Part shown: in pieces, positions 1 to 12,261 of the stretch | How the letters are laid out: each line of letters opens with the position of its first letter | How positions within the stretch are numbered: position 1 is the stretch's first letter | Notes under the pieces: model-generated | Told to the model about the DNA's origin: nothing | Database searches by the model: none | The model's input: the letters and a program-made list of their open reading frames with translations, nothing else | From: Leucoraja ocellata | Lineage: Eukaryota | Reading direction: 5' to 3' | DNA length: 64,000 bases | NCBI GenBank assembly: GCA_036785375.1 | Contig: JAWMAR010000032.1 | Span: 6,448,001 to 6,512,000 of the forward strand | Position numbers and translations under genes: made by a program

Positions 1-264
1 TGATTGGCAAAAGAACTAAAAGTGATACAAGGAAAAAAATCTTTATCATTGTTATCCAATTGTTTTCGCTCCTATTTATTACTATATCATAGTTTCTGAT
101 TATCTGTTTGCAAAACTCTTCTTTCCTTTTAGGTCAATCCTCAGGATTGATTACATTTTTGAGGAGTGGAGCATATAGTGCCAGGGACTTTAGTTGGATT
201 CAGATTTAACTATTGAGGACGGGGAAATGAGACTAACTGGACCCTTGTTGCATAGTGCTGTTTA

Positions 265-530
265 AACTTTAGAGATGCAGCGTGGAAACGGGCCCATCGG
301 CCCACCCTGTCCGTGCCGACCAGCGACCACCCTGTACACTACGCTCTAGGGACAATTTACAACTTTACCAAGCCAATCAACCTACAAACCTGTATGTCTT
401 TGCGGTGTGGGAGAAAACCGGAGCACCCAGATAAAACCCACGCGGTCACAGGGAGAACATCCAAATTCCGTTCAGACTGCACCCGTAGTTAGGATTGAAC
501 GCTGAGTGGTGCTGAGAGGCAGCAACTCTT
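265..530 (-). mobile_element. V-SINE copy
   Basis: Reverse complement of the 8348 family. Further copies at about 3667-3805(+), 4370-4845(-), 14100-14290(-), 16745-16935(+), 29460-29755(+), 53940-54165(+). Confidence 0.8.
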
Positions 531-1317
531 GTAGACTGTTATATCTAGCTGTTGTAGATTCGACAACCCAACAGCCTCTCTCCACTGTAATCATTTTGAG
601 ATCATGTCATAATATGCTCAATGAGCAGGAGTGTCAGTGAGCCAGGGACAGAGTTACAATTGTGCAGGAAGGAACTGCAGACACTGGTTTACACCGATGA
701 TCAACCCAATATGCTGGGATAACTCAACAGGACAGGCGGCACCTCTGGATAGATTCATTCTATCCAGCGATGTTGCCCGTCCCGCTGAGTTACTCCAGTA
801 TTTTGTGACCATCAACAGAGTTAAAATTATCTGCCAACTGCTGTGGGGAGGTATTTGTTCACTTTACAGTAAAGTTATTGCCTGGAATGCACGTTCACCC
901 ACAGGCATTTTCCATTCCTCTGAATGGGTGTGGAAGCAAGACATTCTTGTACACAAGGACTATCCAACAAGGGAGAGTGAAAATAAGATAACACTACATT
1001 CTTCATCTAGTTCTACTATTCTAAAACAAAATTGTTCTCATGACCCCCACAGGCCTTTAGTAACTGTATTTGGACAACTAGACCGACTGAAAACCTTCTG
1101 ACCTCAACACTTTTATTTGATGTTGCTGCTTGATTGGCTCGTGTTAAATTAGGAAATAAATAAATTATTAATTCATCACTACTCATGGGTCCTTGGCATT
1201 TGTGCAACGCCTTATATTTTAACTTGTCTACGATTGTCTAACAATGCTCTTGTTCCATCCCTAAAAACAGAGAGGATTTCACTCTTGCTACTGAGTCAGG
1301 AATGTAATGCTGAGGCT

Positions 1318-2542
1318 CTATAAGGCGCTGGTCAGGCCACATTCTGCATATTTGGCCCCATTTCTGAGGATGTGCTGGCACTGGCGGGCGTCCAGATGAG
1401 GTTTACGAGAATGATCCCAGGAATGAGTAGGATAACATAGCAGACTAATTTCCCTCCTGGGTAAATAAAGTTCTATTGCATATGATGAGTGTTTGTCGGC
1501 ACTGGGACTGGAGTTTAGAAGGACGAGGCAGAACTGCTGTAAAATGTACAGAGTAGTGAAAGGCTTGCATAGGGTGGATGTGGAGAGGATGTTTCCACTA
1601 GTGGGAAAGTCTAGGACCAGAGGCCACAGCTTCAGAATTAAAGGACGTTTCTTCAGGAAGGAGATGAGGAGGAATTTCTTTAGACAGAGGGTGGTGAATC
1701 TGTTAAGTTCGTTGCCACAGAAAACTGTGGAGGCAGAGTCAATTTTTAAGGCAGAGATAGAAAGATTCATGATTAGTGAGGGTGTCAGGGGGTTATGGGG
1801 AGAAGGCAGGAGAATGGGGTTACAAGGAAAATGGTTATGAGTTAGATCAGTGGTTCCTAACCTTTTTTTGGCCATGCCCCCACCTAATCACCTCTAAAGT
1901 CCTGATGCCCCCCCCCCCCCCCCCATGTGGTGATATATAATTCTTATCATTTAAAAAGTGAACTCCGTTTCAGCTGAAGAAGCTTAAAACGCCAATACCT
2001 TGGTTTATACGCTTCAAAAGAACATGGCACCCATGAAAAAGAAAAATGAAATAAACAAAAGACAGCGATGGCGCGGTGATTATGTAATAACTACACAATA
2101 AGGACCTTTTTTACCCCCAAAAATTACTCAAAATAACATCTGAAACATAAATTACATATGTTTACCCGATGGAAAATCCAAAAAAATAAAAATCGAAAAT
2201 TTGGACCCAGACCTCCTCAGTCGCGCTCAATTGCCCCCCTTAAAAATCAAATTGCCCCCCTGTGGGGCGTACGTCCCACCTTGGGAACCACTGAGTTAGA
2301 TAGAGCTCTAGGGGCTAGTGGAATCAAGGGATATGGGGAGAAGGCAGGTACGGGTTATTGATAGGGGACGATCAGCCATGATCACAATGAATGGCGGTGT
2401 TGGCTCGATGGGCCGAATGGCCTCCTCCTGCACCTATTTTCTATGTTTCTATGAAAAGATAGATCAGCCATGATTGAATGGCGGAGTAGACTTGATGGGT
2501 CGAATGGCCTAATTCTGCTCCTATCAAATGAACTTATGAACT
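1318..2542 (+). mobile_element. Older CR1 3' fragment with a nested younger CR1 tail and a hAT MITE
   Basis: ORF 1493-1840 is a CR1 C-terminus. The younger tail runs to 2453 and the older UTR resumes at about 2454. Confidence 0.8.
1848..2293. mobile_element. Non-autonomous hAT (Charlie-like) DNA transposon
   Basis: TIRs CAGTGGTTCCTAA and TTGGGAACCACTG (13 bp, 1 mismatch). Perfect 8-bp TSD AGTTAGAT at 1840-1847 and 2294-2301. Confidence 0.9.
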
Positions 2543-2825
2543 GTTCCAGCCACTTAACTCTAAATTTGCACTGAGATGATTCTCACTGTCAGGGGTGTTA
2601 TTGTCCAGATGTGTTGTTAAATTGAAGCCTGATTTGCCCACTTAGTGCGATGTTAAATATCTAAAGAGATATTTTGAAGAGTAGCAGTCAAGCCAGCTCC
2701 TGCTTACTATTTATTCCTCAATTGGCATTCTTGAAACAGATTACTTAACTAGTATTATACTGCAGACAGACACAAAAAACTGGAGTAACTCAGCAGGTCA
2801 GGCAGCATCTCTGGAGAAAAGGAAT

Positions 2826-2860
2826 AGGTGACGTTTCGGGTCGAGACCCTTCTTCAGACT
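2826..2860 (-). ncRNA. Minimal hammerhead motif in a Penelope terminal repeat
   Basis: Minus strand AGT-CTGAAGA-A-GGGT(CTCG)ACCC-GAAAC-GTC-ACCT. Core intact, stem I short. Confidence 0.6.
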
Positions 2861-5609
2861 GAAAGTCAGGGGGAAGTGGAACGAGAGATATAGAGAGTAC
2901 ACGATAACGAGTTATACAGGCAGTGAAACTAGTACGACAACTAGGGAGAGGGAGGGATGGAACGAGTGAGGATGTAAGGGTTTGTTTGCCACACTTTATG
3001 CCCAAATATGCTTTAATATCTTCTATATTATAACTGTAACCACACATCAGCTGTGCCTTTGCGGCAGTGTGGCATCTTGATTGTTACTCAAATTGTTTTC
3101 TGCTTCAATGGTTATTGTCACGTATGCACTGCGCAGTGAAATTCTTGCACCCGTCGCTATATTTTGGCACCAATTTTCTCTCCTGCATCCAGCTTGAATT
3201 GTCATTCAACAAGAGGCGAGGACTGCAGCTTTTTCTGTCTGGAAAGTTGTTTACAACACCCCGATGTCCAAGACGTTCCTTGGATTGCACGCTGCGAGAA
3301 GTGGCATGGAAACACATGGTTCAACACATCAACTGAGGTCTCGCCATACATTGACACAATAACAGCAGTAAAAAGGAGCAACCGTATATAGTTGGACTCT
3401 GCATTCAAATCAAACAATTTACAGAAGCAGAATTATATCAATTAAAATGGTTACACTGCTCAATTGTGTTCAAACATACTGGTTATAACTATGCAAACAT
3501 ACTCTTAACTGAGACAGAAGTCAGCATAACCAGCTGGGATGCCTTAAAGTGAGGCTCGAGGATCTGCTGTCAATCTTCACAGTTGCAACCACTTCTGTTG
3601 TCCGAATTTGCTGACTTTACATTATTTGCCAGTAATTCCCATTCTTGTATAGTCAATGCTAAGGGACTGCACAATTGCACAGTGGTACAGTTGCTGCCTT
3701 ACAGCGCCAGAGACCGGGGTTCGATCCTGATTACGGGTGCTGTCCGTGTGGAGTTTGCACGTTCACCCTGTGACTACTTGAGTTTTCTCCGGGTGCTCTA
3801 GTTTCATAGAAACATAGAAAATAGGTGCAGGAGTAGGCCATTCGGCCCTTCGAGCCATTCAATATGATCATGGCTGGTCATCCAACTCAGTATCCTGTAC
3901 CTGCCTTCTCTCCATACCCCCTGATCCCTTTAGCCACAAGGGCCACATCTAACTCCCTCTTAAATATAGCCAATGAACTGGCCTCAACTACCTCCTGTGG
4001 CAGAGAATTCCAGAGATTCACCACTCTCTGTGTGAAAAATGTTCGAACCCCGGTCTCTGGCGATGTAAGGCAACTCTACCATTTTGCAACTGTGCAGTCC
4101 CTTAGCATTGAATATACAAGAATCTCACCTGCCTGTACATGATCCATATCCCTTTATACCTTGCACTTCCATGTGCCCATCTTAAACGCCAATATCATAT
4201 TTGCCTCCACCACCACCACCCCTGGCAAAGTGTTCCAAGCCTCCACTGCTCTCTGTGTTAAATAAACTTGCCCTGCACATCTCCATTAAACCTTTTAGCC
4301 TCTTGCCTTATAGCTATATCCTCTAATGTTGGACATTTTCACCCAGGGGAAAAGGTTCTGTCTATCCATTAGAGATACAGCATGGAAACATGCCCTTCAG
4401 CCCACTGAGTCCAGGACGATCTTTGATCACCCCTTCACATTAATTCTATGTTTACCCACTTGTACATCCACTGCCAATACACTAAAGCCAATTTACACAG
4501 GCCAATTAACCTACAAACCCGAAGATAGACACAAGATGCTGGAGTAACTCAACGGGACAAGCAGCTTCTCTGGAGAGATGGAATGGGTGATGTTTGAGGT
4601 TGAGACCCTTCTTCAGTATTTTGTGTCTATCTTCAGTGTAAACCAGCACCTGCAGTTCATTCGTACACGCAGCCTACAAACCTACATGTTTTGGGGAAAT
4701 GGGAGAAAACCGGAGGACCCGGAGACAACCGACGAGATCACAGGGAGGACGTGCAAACTCCGCACAGACAGCACCCAAGTCAAGATCGAACCGGGGTGTC
4801 TGGCACTGTGAGGCAGCAGCTCTATCAGCTGTGCCACTGCGCCACTCAAATCTGCCAGTGCTGACAGCCCCCAACCCCTCCCCCAAAGGCATAACACTGG
4901 TCATACACTTCCAATCAAAAAAATATTACTCTCTGCCTCCTACCTCCAAGCCAATTTATGATCCAATTAGTCAGCTCACGTTAGACACTCTGTGCCATGA
5001 CCCTCTGGACCAGCCTACCATGTGAGACCTTGTCTTAATACCATATAAGCCGGTAATAAATCATGCCAATTCTTAAAATTCCTCAGCATAATGCCTGCAG
5101 GTTTTCTTTTTGTTGTTGCTTTCATCCTTTCATTGAAGACTACAAATCTCATCTAAACGACAGTGGCTGGAGCATGTATCAAGAATCATATCATACGATT
5201 ACAAAATTGTTTTCAAGGGGACCCTGCATTTACTCTACATTGCTACCAATTTAAAAAAAATTACATAAACTCATTCAATCAATTAAACTATTTGAATATA
5301 TGCATTTCTGCAGTTGATTAATTATTTACATTAAAATATTATTTTATAATCACCTGGTGGCTTGTGATCTGTGTTGCTGCAAGCTGTCCATGACACCTCC
5401 AATGTGCATCACCTACTTGTCGACCCTCAGCAAGACATACACATGGCCATCCTCAGTTAATGTTATGACTCCATGGCTAACAAAAAAGATTTTGGTAGCC
5501 AAACTAATGGCAAGTATGCATTTAATTGTACCAATACTAAAGTGATCCAGCTGTCACAGGTCTTAGATTAGATTTGTTTATTGTCATATACAGCAGGGTG
5601 CAACAAAAT

Positions 5610-5830
5610 TATATATACATGTGCGTGTGTGTGTGTGTGTATGTATGTGTATAATGATAAATACAATAAGTACAAAAACAAGGGCACAACAGCAGAAAAA
5701 TGCAATATTGCAATGAAATCAGAATATATACAGTATATGTGTATGTATGTGTGTGTGTAGTATATGTGCATATATATAAATATATATATCTATATATATA
5801 TATGTGTGTGTGTGTGTATATATATTAATA
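5610..5830. repeat. (GT)n/(TA)n compound microsatellite
   Basis: Directly visible dinucleotide runs within a LINE tail remnant. Confidence 0.85.
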
Positions 5831-6177
5831 TTACAAATCAACGGGTCAGGCAGCAAGCCGGGTCAGGAGCAACTGATCTAAAGAAGGGTCTTGACCCTAA
5901 ACATCACCTATTCCTTTTCTCAAGAGTCAGGTGTTTTATTGTCGTATGTCCCAGATAGAACAGTGAAATTCATACGTGCAGCAGCACAACAGAATATGTA
6001 AACATAGTACATTGTAAACAATATAATAAATGAGAAAAAAAAGTGCAGTGTATGTATACACAATGCAAGGTTCTCGACCCAAAACATCACCCATTCCTTC
6101 TCTCCAGTGAAGCTGCCTGTCCTGCTGAATTACTCCAGCTTTTTGTGTCTACACACACACATATATAAGAAAATATC

Positions 6178-6700
6178 TTGTCCGGAAACATCACAATTTG
6201 GTTTTGGAATTGCTCTGCCCAGGACAAGAAGGCTCTGCAGATAGCAGTGCATTCGGCCGAACGCACTATGGGTACTACACTTGCCCCCCTGCAGGAACTA
6301 TACATCAGAAGGTGCAGATCCAGAGCCAACAAGATCATGGGAGACCCCTTCCACCCCAGCAACACACTGTTCCAGCTGCTACGGTCAGGCAAACACCTCC
6401 GTTGCCATGTTGTGAAAACGGAGAGGATGAGAAGGAGTTTCTTCCCAGAGGCCATTAGGACTGTAAACTCCAATCTCACCAGGGCCTAACTTTACTGTAC
6501 CAAATTACTGTTGTGTGGTGTCTTTTTAAAATTGCTGTTTTTTATTTTTTTCCCTCCCACAAATATGTAATATGTGAATATGTGATTCCATTCTGTTTTG
6601 TAGTTTTTTTGCACAATACGCAAGCATTGCCACTTTTCCTTTCACTGCACATCTCATGTGTGTATGTGACGAATAAACTTGACTTGACTTGACATGACCT
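6178..6700 (+). mobile_element. Rex1-type LINE 3' fragment
   Basis: ITIWFWNCS...RRSFFPEAIR C-terminal similarity to the 10426 ORF. Tail AATAAA(CTTGA)n. Confidence 0.8.
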
Positions 6701-8347
6701 GACTTAACCGCATTCTCCTGCCTTCTCCCACGACCCCTGGCACCCGCACTAATCAATAATCTATCTATATCTGCCTTAAAAATATCCATTGACAGCCTCT
6801 GTGGCAAAGATTTCCACAGGTTCCCTGCCCTCTGACCAAATAAATTCTTCCTCATCTCCTTCTTAAAGGAACGTCTAATTCTGAGGCTATAATCTCTAGT
6901 CCTAGACTCCCCCACTAGTGGAAACATCCTCTCCACATCCACTCTATCCAAACCTTTCGCAATTCTATACGTTTCAATGAGGTCCCCCCTAATAACAAAT
7001 GCAATGGGGAAAGAATGACCTGGTCAGTCAGCAGAAGTTGTACATCACTGATCGTCAGGGGACTGACCACAGAGGCAGCCAGGAGTACAGAATATTAAGC
7101 GGAACAGAGAAACAGGAAGAGAATATTGGAATGTAGGCTATTATGTTGAGATTTTGTGATTTCTCACAGAATGATAAATTCTGGTTTGTCATCATTTGTC
7201 AAGAATGTTTATTTGTCATAAGGTCATAAGTGGTAGGAGCTGAATTAGACCATTCGACCCATCAAGTCTACTCTGCCACTCAATCATGGCTGATCTATCT
7301 CTCCCTCCTAACCCCATTCTCCTGCCTCCTCCCCATAACCTCTGATACCCGTACTATGTCATATGTACAATATGAATCAGAACTACAAAATTCCTACCTG
7401 TTGCAATTTTATTGGCACATTTGATCCAAAAAAAAATCATATATATATACGATAAATTGTCAGGTATTCTAAGTAAACAAGACTATCATGGAGCAAAAAC
7501 CGAAGTATGTCGAGCAAATATATTCCTGCAAAGTCCGTAGTAATTTGTTGCAGAGGTAGGACTGTAGTTAAGGTTGTGTAAAACAATTTAAGGACTGATG
7601 GTTGATGAAAAGAAGCTCTTCTTGAACCTGGAGCTAATGGTTCTCAGGATCCATTGACCCAATGGTGGCAGCTAGAACAGTGGGCCAATGCGTGGGTCTT
7701 TGATGATATTAGCTGCCTTCTTGAGGCAGGGCTTCCTATACAGATCCTTGATGGTGGGGAGAGGTATTAAATCCATGACCAGGACAAATGTACATCTGCA
7801 TTGGATCAATCCCTACCCACTGTAACTGTCTGAAGAAGGGTCTCAACCCAAAATATCTCCTATTCCTTTTCTCCAAAGATGCTGCCAGTCCCGCTGAGTT
7901 ACCCCAGGTTTTTGTGTCCATCTCAGTGTAAACCAGCATCTGCTGTTCCTTCCCACAGTGTAACCATTGTTAGGGTTAACAGAGATATTTTTCCTCCATC
8001 CGTATGGTCTTGATTGCTCACCCTGAAACCACAATCTGGTGATCTCACATTCCACCCCACACCTAAATTGTACTGTTGCAGATAATACTGAGCCCACAAT
8101 GCCAGGTCTCTACTGTAACAGGGCAGATCACTTGAACCATTCCTGCTTCCTTCAGCCTCCCCCCTGGCCACTCCAGATACTAGCCCCAATCCTGACTGAT
8201 CACAATACCGATCACTGACCTGCTTCTCGTCCGTGCTCTGGATTTGCCGTCTGCCCATCCAATCCCTCTATCACGTGTTTCGGCTACTCATCACATGAAC
8301 CAAACTGATGACCTTCATGTACGGAAGCATTAAACTGCATTGCACTA

Positions 8348-8665
8348 AGGGTGGCACGGTGGTGCAGCAGTAGAGTTGCTGCCTTATAATGCCATAGACC
8401 CGGGTTTGATCCTGACTAAGGGTGCTGTCTGTTCTGAGTTTGTACGTTCTCCCCATGACTACGTGGGTTTTCACCGGGTGCTCCCGTTTCCTCCCACATT
8501 CCAAAGATGTCAGGTTTGTAGGGTCATTTCTTTTGGTAAAAAAAAGTTGTAAATTGTTCCTAGTGTTAGTGTATGGGGATCACTGATCACTGATGGTGTA
8601 TGGGATCACTGATCAGCGTGTATTCGGTAGGTCTAAGGGCCTGTTACCGCACTGTATCTCTAAGC
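8348..8665 (+). mobile_element. tRNA-derived V-SINE (HE1-like)
   Basis: A box GGTGGTGCAGCAGTAG, B box GGTTTGATCC, V-domain GAGTTTGTACGTTCTCCCC...TTTCCTCCCAC, tail GGGCCTGTT..GCACTGTATCTCTAA. Confidence 0.85.
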
Positions 8666-10164
8666 TTCACACTTATCTGGTAGACTACATTAGCCTTATC
8701 TCGGCCCACTTATGCAGCTGATCAAGATCTCACTGTGTTTCTCAATGACGATCCTCACTAACTCATTACCACCCGTTTTTGTAGATGCTGCTTTATGAAG
8801 AAAGATATAAAGTGCTGGAGTAACTCAGCGGGTCAGCCAGCATCTCTGGAGAGCATGGATATATAATGTTTCTGCTCTTGAGACTGATTGTTGAGAGGGG
8901 GGAGCTTGAAGAGAGGTGCAGATGCCCATGATGCCAAAGTCTGGCAAATGATAGGTGGATGCAGGTGAGGGGCTTTGGATTGGTTAATTGGTGGATAAAG
9001 GTCAGAGATTGGGAAGAAGACAAAAGGCTGTGAGATAAGGAGAAAAGAGGCATGAAATACGGTCAGAGGCAGGGAAACAGGTGTAAGGCTTGGTAAATGT
9101 AACATTTATCCTTAGTGTGTGCAGGATGGCATTAACGTGCGGGGATCGCTGGCTGGCATGGACCCAGTGGGCCAAAGGGCCTGTTTCCGCACTGTACCTC
9201 TAAACTAAAGATATCAACAATAATGCAAAAACTACCTGCTAATTAAATCCTAATTAATTAATGGATTTCTGTACCTTTGATCCCACAATCAGAGAGAGAT
9301 AATTAAAACCAACAGCTACGTAATTTTGTATGATAGAAGGCATAATTGTGGAAGAAGGACAATATTCAGGCTGAAGGTCTGTGACCAGTGGAGCTCCGCA
9401 AGGATCTGTGGTCCTCTGCTGTTTATGATATATATAAATGGCTTGAATGTATATGTAGATGGGTAGGTTAGTAATTTGCAGCTGAAACCAAGATATGGAC
9501 CAGCCACCGAAATGGGCAGAAAAATGGCAGATGGAGTTTAATCTGTGCAAGTATGAGGTGTTGAACCTTGAGAGGTTGAATGTAAGGGGAAAATATATAA
9601 GTAATGGCAATATTCTTAACAGCATTTGATGTGCAGAGAGATCTGGGAATCCTAGTCCATATCTCCCGGAAGGTGCAACACAAGTAGATAGAGTGGTGAA
9701 GTAGGCAGATGATATGCTTGCCTCTATTGGTCAGGGAATGTCAGAGTCAGTAAGTCACAATTCAACTTTATAGTTCTTTGGTTAGGTTGCATTTGCAGTA
9801 TTGCATGCAGACTGGTCGCCTCAATACAAGAAGGATGTGGAGGTTTTGCAAAGGGTTTTCATTGGAGGTTTGCCAGAATAATGCTTGGATTAGGGAGAGA
9901 TTGGGAAGACTTGGATTGTTTTCTCTGGACTGCAGAGGTTGAGAGGAGACCTATCAGGTATATAGATTATGAGAGCCATGGATAGGGTAGACAGTCAAAA
10001 TCTTTCTCCCAGGATGGAAATCTCAAATCACAGAGGGCATAGGTTTCACGTTACAGGGGCAAAGTTTAAAGGAGATGGGCGGGACAAGTTTTTTTATAGA
10101 CAGGTATATGAGTGTCAGGAATGTGCTGGCGGGGGTGATCATAAGGTCAGTTTCATGTTGGTTA

Positions 10165-12258
10165 GTTACATAAAATTGGATAATTCAGTGTTACCCATGG
10201 AATGTGAGGTGCTGTTCCTCCAGTTTGCCTGTGAACTCACTCTGGACGAGGAGGAAGCCCAGGGTAGAACGGTTGCTATTGGAAAGAAAGTTAAAAGGGC
10301 TAGCAACTGGGAGATCCAGCAGGCCTTAACAGATCGAGCACAAATGTTCGTTGAACTGACGGCCTAGTCTACACTTGGTCTTGCCGATGTAAAGAAGGCT
10401 AACCTCGGAAGCACTGAATGCAGTAATGACATCTTCAACCTGTCACTACATCTTCAACCTGTCACTTGCCCAAGCAGTTGTCCCCACTTGCCTTAAAACC
10501 ACCTCCATCGTGCCAGTGCCAAAACACTCCACTGCGGCAAGCCTCAACGACTTCCGCCCAGTTGCACTTACCCCCATCATCACCAAGTGCTTCGAGAGGC
10601 TGGTCCTGGCACACCTCAAAAGCTGCCTACCCCCCACACTGGATCCCTATCAGTTTGCCTACCGCAAGAACAGGAGTACGGAGGATGCCATCTCAACGGC
10701 ACTTCACTCCGCCCTCTCCCACCTTGACAACAGAGACACTTATGTAAGAATGCTGTTCATCGATTACAGCTCAGCATTCAACACCATTATTCCATCAAAA
10801 CTGATCACCAAACTCGGTAACCTGGGCATCGACCCCTCCCTCTGCAACTGGATACTGGACTTTGTAACCAACAGACCCCAGTCTGTGAGGTTAGACAAGC
10901 ACACCTCTTCAACCCTCACCCTGAACACTGGCGTTCCTCAGGGCTGTGTGCTGAGCCCCCTCCTCTACTCCCTCTTCACCTATGACTGCACACCTGTACA
11001 TGGTACTAACACCATCATCAAGTATGCAGATGATACAACGGTGATTGGCCTCATCAGCAACAACGATGAGCTGGCCTACAGGGAGGAGGTCCAGCACTTA
11101 GCAGCATGGTGCGCTGACAACAACCTGGCCCTTAACTCCAAGAAGACCAAGGAGCTCATTGTAGACTTCAGGAAGTCCAGAGGCGGCACGCACACCCCCA
11201 TCCACATTAACGGGACGGAGGTGGAACGTGTTTCTAGCTTCAGGTTCCTGGGAGTCAACATCTCCGATGACCTCTCTTGGACCCACAATACCTCTACTCT
11301 GATCAAGAAGGCTCATCAGCGTCTCTTCTTCCTGAGGAGACTGAAGAAGGTCCATCTGTCTCCTCAGATCCTGGTGAACTTCTACCGCTGCACCATCGAG
11401 AGCATCCTTACCAACTGCATCACAGTATGGTATGGCAACTGCTCTGTCTCCGACCGGAAGGCATTGCAGAGGGTGGTGAAAATTGCCCAACGCATCACCG
11501 GTTCCACGCTCCCCTCCATTGAGTCTGTCCAAAGCAAGCGCTGTCTGCAGAGGGCGCTCAGCATCGCCAAGGACTGCTCTCACCCCAACCATGGACTGTT
11601 TACCCTCCTACCATCCGGGAGGCGCTACAGGTCTCTCCGTTGCCGAACCAGCAGGTCAAGGAACAGCTTCTTTCCGGCGGCTGTCACTCTACTAAACAAC
11701 GTACCTCGGTGACTGCCAATCACCACCCCCCCCCCCCCCCCCCCCTGGACACTTATTATTTTTTATTCAAATTGTTTGCTATGTCGCTCTTCAAGGGAGA
11801 TGCTAAATGCATTTCGTTTCTTTGTCTCTGTACTGTACACTGACAATGACAATTAAAATTGAATCTGAATCTGAATCTGAGATTAGAGGAGAAGCTCTGT
11901 CTCTGCTGGAAGGGCCGCTGGGTCTCTGGATGGATGTGAGGGAGGTGGTACAGGGACAAGTGGCGCATTTCCCACGGTTGCAGGGAAAATACCCGGGGAG
12001 GGTGTGGTTTGGGTGGGAAGGGATGAGTGAATCAAGGCATTGTAGAAGCAGCAGACTCTGTGGAAAGTGGAAAGAGATGGGCATGGCAAGATGTGACTGG
12101 TGGTGGGATCACATTGACGTTGTCAGAATTGTTGGAGGATGATGTGTTGGATGCAGAGGCTGGTGAGACCTGGGGAACTCTATCCATGTTCCATTGGGGG
12201 GAGGGGGAGAAAGAGCAGAACTACAGGACTCAGAGAAGACATGAGTGAGGGATTCAAC
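10165..12258 (-). mobile_element. Degraded Penelope-like fragment split by the Rex1 insertion
   Basis: PGYFPCNRGKCATCP on - at 11930-12010. Joining cagtaatga|gattagaggag across the Rex1 restores sequence matching 47977-47997. Confidence 0.75.
10429..11880 (+). mobile_element. 5'-truncated Rex1/Babar-type LINE with an uninterrupted RT ORF (10426-11712)
   Basis: 428-aa ORF with RT motifs [38 protein letters not shown] and the Rex1-type C-terminus ([12 protein letters not shown]...SFFPAAV). 3' tail is (TGAATC)n. No AP endonuclease domain. Confidence 0.9.
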
Positions 12259-12261
12259 TAT

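Noticed and set aside
121-210. Acceptor-like ctttccttttag followed by a possible exon of an upstream gene
   Set aside because: All three frames stop within about 80 nt, there is no clear donor, and no peptide is recognisable.
631-1101. 156-aa ORF
   Set aside because: GTG start, runs through an inverted Penelope repeat, and has no recognisable domain.
2784-2794. ARE-like GTAACTCAGC present in most Penelope repeats
   Set aside because: Mismatch in the essential TGA core; it is repeat consensus sequence with no sign of function.
8348-8420. tRNA gene
   Set aside because: It is the tRNA-derived head of a V-SINE, followed by the V-domain and LINE-like tail.
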